Source: Minisyncoccota bacterium
GTDB taxonomy: Bacteria > Patescibacteriota > Minisyncoccia > Phycocordibacterales > SBAW01
Direction: 5' to 3'
Length of the DNA: 64,000 bases
Assembly: GCA_035549255.1 (NCBI GenBank)
Contig: DASZRD010000005.1
Coordinates: 58 to 64,057, forward strand
In this document: piece after piece, positions 57,624 to 64,000 of the stretch
Layout: every line of letters starts with the position of its first letter
How positions within the stretch are numbered: position 1 is the stretch's first letter
The notes under the pieces: generated by a model
What the model saw: the letters and a program-made list of their open reading frames with translations, nothing else
Databases searched by the model: none
Told to the model about the DNA's origin: nothing
Position numbers and translations under genes: made by a program

Positions 57624-60600
57624 ATGTCTCTCATTAAAGAGGGCGCGCTCGCGCGCCTGGGACGTGCTGTGTTCTCTCTTACTAACGTTCGTGCAAGCGG
57701 ATTGGTCGTGTCCGCGCTTTTTGCATTGGCAGTTGTCGTAGCGCCGACCGCAGCAATGGCTGCAACATTCACCAGCATTACTGCATCCGATGCTTCAGGT
57801 ACTTATGGAGGAACAGTAAACCTTTCCGCAACTCTACAATATTATTCTGGTGGTTTTCACGCACTAACCGGAAAAACAGTCACGTTCAAACTCAATGGAA
57901 CGACAGTTGGTGCTACTACTACTGACAGTAGCGGTAAAGCAACTCTAAATAACGTCAGTTTGAGTGGCATTAACGCAAATACCTATAATTCTGGAGTCTC
58001 AGCAAGCTTTGCGGGTGATTCTACCTATTCATCAGATAGTGATACTTCAAAACTCACGGTCTCGAAGGCTAACCCGACCCTCTCGGTAACAAACTCCCCG
58101 CAGGCTTACACTGGCTCGCCTATTGCGGCGGCAGTGAGTGGCTCGGTTGCTGGCACAGTAAGCAATGTAAAGTACAACAACTCGTCAACAGTTCCCACAA
58201 ACGCAGGAACGTACCCGATTACCGCAAGCTTTGCGCCGACCGACACCACCAACTACAACTCTCTCTCAAGCGCCTCAGCTGGTAGCTTTGTCATCACCGG
58301 CGCTCCTACCAAGGCAAATACACTTACTGTTATTACCTCCGACACGCCGGATCCTTCGAATACGAATGCGGCTTACACGGTCAACGTGAGCGTCGGGCGC
58401 CTCTCTGGTACCAATAGCCCGAGCGGCACCGTAACGGTATCGGATGGCTCGGCGACTTGCGCCGCTACCCTCTCCGGCTCTTCGGCAACCACGACCGGCT
58501 CCTGCCAGCTCACCTCAACTACGTCTGGCTCCAAGACGCTTACGGCGACGTACAGCGGCGATACCAACTTCAATACGAGCTCGGGCACCGCGTCGCACAC
58601 GGTTAATAACGTCGCAGGTCCTGACTGCAGCAACTTCGTCGACCTCGCACACAACCTTATTAACAATCCCTGCCTTGAAACCGGCTCTGCATGGAATGGC
58701 ACGACCGGCGGCCCCGATAACTGGTCCTTCTATTCTGCAGGCGTTACGGGCGGCGCGACATATCCGGCCACGTCGTACCATTCGGGTACGGGTGCAGCCG
58801 AGGTTCATATAAGCGCGATCAATTCCCCTGCCGATCCGAATAATCCTCCGCAGGCGCAATGGGGATTCAATCCAGTCAACAACATTACTCCAGGCGCCAA
58901 TTACCAGTTCAGCTTCTGGTACAACTCCAACGTCGATAGCGAAGTAGACGCCGAGTACGACACGGCGAGCGGCCCGATCTACACGCAAGTGCGCTCCAAC
59001 CTCCCATCGACCAATGGCGCATGGGTGCAGTTCACGACGAACATCATCCCGCCGGCCGGAACGACAGCGATGTCTATAACGCCGCTTATCAGCAAGGTCG
59101 GCAATCTCACGGTCGACGACTTCTCGCTTGTGCAGGAAGCCGATCCCAATGCCTTTGCGACGGGCATGGTATCGCTCAACTTCGATGACGGCCTTGCAAG
59201 CTTCTGGAATTACGCGACCAGCACGCTCAACGCGGCGGGCATCAAGGCGACCGAATACATCATTACCGGCGCATCCGGCAGCGATGTGACAAATCCCAAT
59301 CCGAGCAGCGGCTACCTCTCGCGCACGCAGATTCAGGCACTCGCTGCAGCGGGTTACGACATTGGCGACCACACCACCGACCATGCCGACCTCACCAACC
59401 TGAGCTCGGGCCAGACGCTTACCTCCGAAATAAATAACTCGGTAGCGGCGCTCAACAATATCGGCATCTCGTCCGTCAGCACCATCGCTTATCCGTACGG
59501 AACATACAATCAGGCGGTTGAAAGCCAAGTGCTGCATGTTCCGCTTCTTGCGGGCCGCAGCGTCGATGACGGCTTCAATGACAAGAAGACTGATCCATAT
59601 GCTCTGCGCATCAAGGAAGTCTTCGATACAACATCAGTATCACAAGTAGAAAGCTGGATTGATGAGGCTAATGCGAATAATGAGTGGCTGATCCTGCTCT
59701 TCCACACCGTGGACAAAGACAGTGCAAACGGCCTGGATTGCACCAGCGGTACGCCTAACACCAACAATCCTCAGGAGTGCGTCACCACTGCCAATCTCCA
59801 GGCGATTGTAAGCCACCTCAACAGCACCCACACGCACACCGTTACCATGTCGCAAGGCATCGGGATCATGAACGGCACCTCCGTCATCGATCAGACTGCG
59901 CCGACCGTCACTGTTCCTTCGAACATAAGCGTTCCCGCAACGTCGCAAGCCGGCGCAACCGTAACCTTCTCCGTCACAGCAACCGATAATATCGACCTCA
60001 ACCCTTCGATCCTCTGCATGCCGGCATCGGGCTCGGTATTCGCGTTCGGGACCACGACAGTCGGCTGCTCGGCCACAGACGCGAGCGGCAATAAGTCTGC
60101 TACTTCGACCTTCGACGTAGGCGTCTATAAGCCGACCCTTACTATCACCGCCGACAATCAAACAACAACCTTCGGCTATACCACTGAGCCCACATACACT
60201 GTTACGATTACCGGCTTCCAGGGTACCGATGATGCAACTGTTCTTACAACGCAGCCGACCTGCTCGGTCGCGGTTGATCACAGTGCGGTCGGCACCTACC
60301 CGATCACTTGTTCCGGGGCGGCCGATACCGACGGCATCTACGTATTCAATTACGTAAATGGCACGCTCACGGTCGCGCCGGTAGATGGCACGGTGGTGCT
60401 GAACAATCTCACCCAGACCTATGACGGCACGCCTAAGGCGGTCGCAACCTCGACTGGCGATGTCGTACTCTCGGTTACCGTTACATACGCGGGCACGGGC
60501 GGCACAACCTACGCGCTCTCGACGGTGCCTCCGACCGATGCGGGTACCTATGACGTGGTCGCAACCATCGACGCGGGCCAGAGCTACAGCGGCTCGGCCG

Positions 60601-62411
60601 AAGGCACACTCACAATCGCCAAGGCGGCGGTCGACGGGGCAGAGAGCCTCAACCAGTCTATCGATGTCGTTGAGAATTCGACCAACAATCCGATCACGCT
60701 CGGCACGCTCGACTCGCTCACTTCGCCCGCATGGACGATCGCGACGCAGCCGACCAGCGGCACGATCGGCGGCACCGCTCCGGCGGTCACGTATACGCCG
60801 GCGGCGGACTTCTACGGCAGCGACTCATTCTCCTTCACGGTCGGCGACGCCAACCACGTAAGCGGCACCGCCACGGTGAATATCATGGTGCACCCGGCTC
60901 CGGGCTGCCCGAGCGGCTACACTGCTAACGGCACCGGCGGCTGTGACCCGGCCAATACAACGGTACCGGTCGTCTGCCCCAACGGCACGGCGTACAACGC
61001 CACCGACAATATGTGCGAGGATACTCAGACTTCGGTTGCGCCGACCGACACGCTCACCTGCCCTGATGGATCGACGCTCGACGGCACCCAGTGCGACACG
61101 ACGACCACGACGACCCAAAGCCCGACCTGCGGCGACGGCAGCGAGTTCTCCTACGACGCCGACAACAATACCTGCGTCCCGACCGACCCGAACGATACGA
61201 CCACGCCTCCGTCCCCGACATGCGCGCAGGGCATGCTCAACGGACAGAACCAGTGCGAGGTCGACACAACTACGCAGACCCCAGCCCAGGACAACCTTAC
61301 CTGCCCCGACGGCTACACGCTCAACAGCAACGAGTGCGACCCGGCACCGATCGCCCCGACTGCGCCGACTTGCCCGGCCAACTCGACCGACAACGGTGAC
61401 GGCACGTGCGCCACGCAGACGATCGCCCTGCAGTGCATTACGGGCTACCATCTCGACGACGCCACCGGCATGTGCGATGCCGACGTGCTCTATGCCATCA
61501 CCGCTTCGACGGGAGACAACGGCTCCATCAGCCCTTCGGGCTCGGTCTCGGTCGTCGAGCACGCGTCGCAGAGCTTCTCTATTGCGGCCAACTCCGGCTA
61601 CCACATTAGCGACGTAGTGGTCGATGGCTCATCGGTCGGCGCGGTCTCAAGCTACAGCTTCTCTGACATCGGCGCGGACCATACGATCTCGGCATCCTTC
61701 GCGCAGGATGCGGCCCCGGCAGCAGTCGGCGGCGGCGGAGGTGGCGGAGGCGGTGGCATCCTCTACTACGGCAATGTGTCCATCAATAATGGCGCGGCCG
61801 AGACCAGCTCGCCGAACGTGACACTCACCGTCACGGCGACCGGGGGCCTCAGCCAGGTATGGCTCTCCAACGATTCTTCCTTCTCGACCGGCACCTGGCA
61901 GCCGATCCAGAGCCCCATCCAGTGGACGCTTGCGTCGGGCGCAGGTCAGAAGACCATCTATGCCCGCTTCGGCATCGCAAGCAGCACGTATGCCAACGCG
62001 CAGGCGAGCATCCAGCTGACCTCCGGCGGCGTTGTCCTTGGCGCATCGATCCAGATCCTCACTGACGCGCAGATCGCCGCGATCCTCAACCTTCTCACCT
62101 CGTTCAACGCCGACCAGTCCGTCATCGACTCGGTCAACGCGGCGCTCCATGGCGAAGCGACAAGCGGCACTGGCGGCAGCGCGACCTCAGACGGGTTCGT
62201 CTTCACACAGACCCTCCAGGTAGGCTCGACCGGCAACCAAGTCACCGAGCTCCAGAAGCGCCTTACGGCCGAAGGCGTCTACTCGGGACCGATCACCGGC
62301 TACTTCGGAGCACTCACCAAGGCAGGCGTCATCGCTTACCAAGCGAAGAAGGGTCTTCCGCAAGTTGGCATTGTAGGACCGATGACGCGCGCAGCGCTCA
62401 ACGGGCAATAA
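57624..62411 (+). CDS. 1595-aa multidomain surface protein
   Basis: Signal peptide, Ig/MBG-like repeats, CBM4-like plus CE4 (NFDDG, HTTDH, YPYG, LFH), HYR-like, Cys-rich repeats, C-terminal PG-binding domain (VTELQKRL, TGYFGALTKAGVIAYQ). Confidence 0.88.
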   Translation: MSLIKEGALARLGRAVFSLTNVRASGLVVSALFALAVVVAPTAAMAATFTSITASDASGTYGGTVNLSATLQYYSGGFHALTGKTVTFKLNGTTVGATTTDSSGKATLNNVSLSGINANTYNSGVSASFAGDSTYSSDSDTSKLTVSKANPTLSVTNSPQAYTGSPIAAAVSGSVAGTVSNVKYNNSSTVPTNAGTYPITASFAPTDTTNYNSLSSASAGSFVITGAPTKANTLTVITSDTPDPSNTNAAYTVNVSVGRLSGTNSPSGTVTVSDGSATCAATLSGSSATTTGSCQLTSTTSGSKTLTATYSGDTNFNTSSGTASHTVNNVAGPDCSNFVDLAHNLINNPCLETGSAWNGTTGGPDNWSFYSAGVTGGATYPATSYHSGTGAAEVHISAINSPADPNNPPQAQWGFNPVNNITPGANYQFSFWYNSNVDSEVDAEYDTASGPIYTQVRSNLPSTNGAWVQFTTNIIPPAGTTAMSITPLISKVGNLTVDDFSLVQEADPNAFATGMVSLNFDDGLASFWNYATSTLNAAGIKATEYIITGASGSDVTNPNPSSGYLSRTQIQALAAAGYDIGDHTTDHADLTNLSSGQTLTSEINNSVAALNNIGISSVSTIAYPYGTYNQAVESQVLHVPLLAGRSVDDGFNDKKTDPYALRIKEVFDTTSVSQVESWIDEANANNEWLILLFHTVDKDSANGLDCTSGTPNTNNPQECVTTANLQAIVSHLNSTHTHTVTMSQGIGIMNGTSVIDQTAPTVTVPSNISVPATSQAGATVTFSVTATDNIDLNPSILCMPASGSVFAFGTTTVGCSATDASGNKSATSTFDVGVYKPTLTITADNQTTTFGYTTEPTYTVTITGFQGTDDATVLTTQPTCSVAVDHSAVGTYPITCSGAADTDGIYVFNYVNGTLTVAPVDGTVVLNNLTQTYDGTPKAVATSTGDVVLSVTVTYAGTGGTTYALSTVPPTDAGTYDVVATIDAGQSYSGSAEGTLTIAKAAVDGAESLNQSIDVVENSTNNPITLGTLDSLTSPAWTIATQPTSGTIGGTAPAVTYTPAADFYGSDSFSFTVGDANHVSGTATVNIMVHPAPGCPSGYTANGTGGCDPANTTVPVVCPNGTAYNATDNMCEDTQTSVAPTDTLTCPDGSTLDGTQCDTTTTTTQSPTCGDGSEFSYDADNNTCVPTDPNDTTTPPSPTCAQGMLNGQNQCEVDTTTQTPAQDNLTCPDGYTLNSNECDPAPIAPTAPTCPANSTDNGDGTCATQTIALQCITGYHLDDATGMCDADVLYAITASTGDNGSISPSGSVSVVEHASQSFSIAANSGYHISDVVVDGSSVGAVSSYSFSDIGADHTISASFAQDAAPAAVGGGGGGGGGGILYYGNVSINNGAAETSSPNVTLTVTATGGLSQVWLSNDSSFSTGTWQPIQSPIQWTLASGAGQKTIYARFGIASSTYANAQASIQLTSGGVVLGASIQILTDAQIAAILNLLTSFNADQSVIDSVNAALHGEATSGTGGSATSDGFVFTQTLQVGSTGNQVTELQKRLTAEGVYSGPITGYFGALTKAGVIAYQAKKGLPQVGIVGPMTRAALNGQ
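60904..61476 (+). repeat. Eight two-cysteine protein repeats
   Basis: CPSGYTANGTGGC, CPNGTAYNATDNMC, CPDGSTLDGTQC, CGDGSEFSYDADNNTC, CAQGMLNGQNQC, CPDGYTLNSNEC, CPANSTDNGDGTC, CITGYHLDDATGMC. Confidence 0.8.
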
Positions 62412-62438
62412 AATAGACAACTAAGAAGTTACTAGGTC

Positions 62439-62479
62439 AATAGCAAAAAACGCCTTACTTTGAGGCGTTTTTTGCTATT
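62439..62479 (+). terminator. Intrinsic terminator
   Basis: AATAGCAAAAAACGCCT/AGGCGTTTTTTGCTATT. Confidence 0.8.
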
Positions 62480-62568
62480 ATGAAGAAGCTTCCTAAAATC
62501 TTCATGTAAGCTGTGCCACTATTATCTCGTCATTTGTTCGTAGGTTACCGGTTAACCATGAAGATGCT

Positions 62569-63264
62569 ATGCACTTACTTATCGTAGAAGACGAAGAGAA
62601 GCTGGCGAAGGCCTTGCAGAAGGGCCTCACCATGAAAGGGTTCGCCGTCGACTGGCTGCCCGACCCGGAGAAGGCGCGCAACCGCATTCTCCTCTACAAA
62701 AACGAGTATGACCTCATACTGCTCGACCTCATGCTCCCCGGCCTCGACGGGGCGACCATCACCGAGGACGTGCGCAAGGCCAACGTCACGACGCCGATCA
62801 TTATCCTGACCGCGCGCAACGAGACCGAGCACAAGGTCGATCTTCTCAATAAGGGTGCCGACGACTATATCGTGAAGCCCTTCTCCTTCGAGGAGCTCCT
62901 GGCGCGCATCAACTCCGTCCTGCGCCGCCCGACCGTGGCGCAAGCGACCATACTCAAGGTGGGCCCGCTCGAGATGGATACGGCCGCGCGCGTGGTGCGC
63001 CGCGACGGCAAGGAGGTGCCGCTTACGCTCAAAGAATTCTCGCTCCTCGAGTGCTTCATGCGCGAGCCGGGCGTCGTGCTCTCGCGCGAGAAGCTCTTCG
63101 ACCATGTGTGGGACTTCAACGCGCTCTCCTGGAGCAACGTGCTTGACGTGCATATGAAAAATCTTCGTAAGAAACTGAACAATGAAGACGATAACGGCGA
63201 TCAACGACTATTTGAGACAGTTCGAGGCGTGGGCTACCGCTTGGCGGGAGAAGTACGAAGCTGA
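62569..63264 (+). CDS. OmpR/PhoB-family response regulator
   Basis: IVEDE, LDLMLP, LTAR, GADDYIVKPF, ETVRGVGY. Confidence 0.96.
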   Translation: MHLLIVEDEEKLAKALQKGLTMKGFAVDWLPDPEKARNRILLYKNEYDLILLDLMLPGLDGATITEDVRKANVTTPIIILTARNETEHKVDLLNKGADDYIVKPFSFEELLARINSVLRRPTVAQATILKVGPLEMDTAARVVRRDGKEVPLTLKEFSLLECFMREPGVVLSREKLFDHVWDFNALSWSNVLDVHMKNLRKKLNNEDDNGDQRLFETVRGVGYRLAGEVRS

Positions 63265-64000
63265 TATCTTCCTGCGCGCAGCCGTGTCGATCACCGTCCT
63301 ACTCTCGGGGCTCGTGATTGGGTGCGTCGTTCTCTTCTGGATCGTCCTCAACGAAACCAATACGGCGGTCGTGCATGCCATCGTCGATAACATCCAGGCG
63401 ATTGTCGCGGGCGGCAGCCCCAGTACGACCCTCACCACCTCGATCAATTCGATCCAGGGCGAGTCGGTGGGCTCCGTCTTCCTCGGGCTCGTGGTCATGG
63501 CGGTCATCTTCGGGTGGCTCTTCACGCGCTTTATGCTGGAGCCCACGCGCAATACGCTCCACTATCAGAAACTCTTCATCAGCAACGTAGCGCACGAACT
63601 GCGCACCCCGCTCTCGGTCATCAAGACATCGACCGAGGTAGCACTCATGGACGACGCGATCGCGCCCGCCATGCGCGACACACTGGGCGACATCGTGCGC
63701 CAGCTCGACCGCATCTCCGAGATCATCAACAATCTTCTCTCGCTCAACTCCTATAACCGCCCCGAGCGTATGCAGCTCCATAGCGTGCATGTGGGAGACT
63801 TGGTCGCCGCGGCCGTAGGTCGCCTCGAAGCCCTTGCGCGCGAGCGCGGGGTCGAGGTCGCCATCTCGGTCGATAGCGTCGACGTCGTCTGGGGCAACGC
63901 CACCGGCCTCGAGCAGGTCATCGGAAACCTCATCAAGAACGCGATCAGCTATACGCAGAAGGACTCGGGCGGGCGGGTCGTGGTCGAAGTGCACCCAGAC
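63182..64000 (+). CDS. Sensor histidine kinase, runs off the right edge (not in ORF track)
   Basis: Manual translation from ATG 63182: MKTITAINDYLRQF..., two TMs, FISNVAHELRTPLS, EQVIGNLIKNAISYT; exact start uncertain. Confidence 0.88.
   Translation, partial: MKTITAINDYLRQFEAWATAWREKYEADIFLRAAVSITVLLSGLVIGCVVLFWIVLNETNTAVVHAIVDNIQAIVAGGSPSTTLTTSINSIQGESVGSVFLGLVVMAVIFGWLFTRFMLEPTRNTLHYQKLFISNVAHELRTPLSVIKTSTEVALMDDAIAPAMRDTLGDIVRQLDRISEIINNLLSLNSYNRPERMQLHSVHVGDLVAAAVGRLEALARERGVEVAISVDSVDVVWGNATGLEQVIGNLIKNAISYTQKDSGGRVVVEVHPD

Noticed and set aside
1-64000. CRISPR array, integrase, transposase or prophage
   Set aside because: No regularly spaced repeats, recombinase motifs, phage structural genes or duplicated tRNA 3' ends seen by eye

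Overview
GC-rich 64-kb chromosomal segment, most likely from a Patescibacteria/CPR (Parcubacteria-like) genome. This is an inference from the reduced dcw cluster, short ProRS, class I LysRS, intron-split tRNA and near absence of biosynthetic genes. Housekeeping blocks: mraZ-rsmH-ftsL-ftsI-murF; mreB-mreC-mreD-mrdA-greA-lysS; murA-mreB2-holB-nth-frr-rseP-proS; def-fmt; hpf. Other loci: an ECF-sigma/MacAB-type efflux operon, a mannoside cluster (cupin, GH130 x2, HAD phosphomannomutase), a GT2/CE4 exopolysaccharide locus with a 1595-aa surface protein, and two signalling kinases. The accessory stretch at about 35.4-42.8 kb holds the best leads. (1) tRNA-Asn(GUU) split by a 184-nt ORF-less group I intron, back-to-back with a free-standing HNH endonuclease (candidate trans-homing pair). 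(2) An hfaA-hfaB(CsgG)-hfaD-like holdfast-anchor/amyloid secretion locus in a presumed monoderm. (3) A stand-alone RNA polymerase alpha-CTD. (4) An adjacent SWIB+SET pair. (5) MurL. Four intergenic regions look like unannotated structured RNAs. At least 13 genes have a -10 box 6-7 nt before the start codon (leaderless). No CRISPR, rRNA or transposase was seen. All assignments come from manual motif recognition, not database searches.
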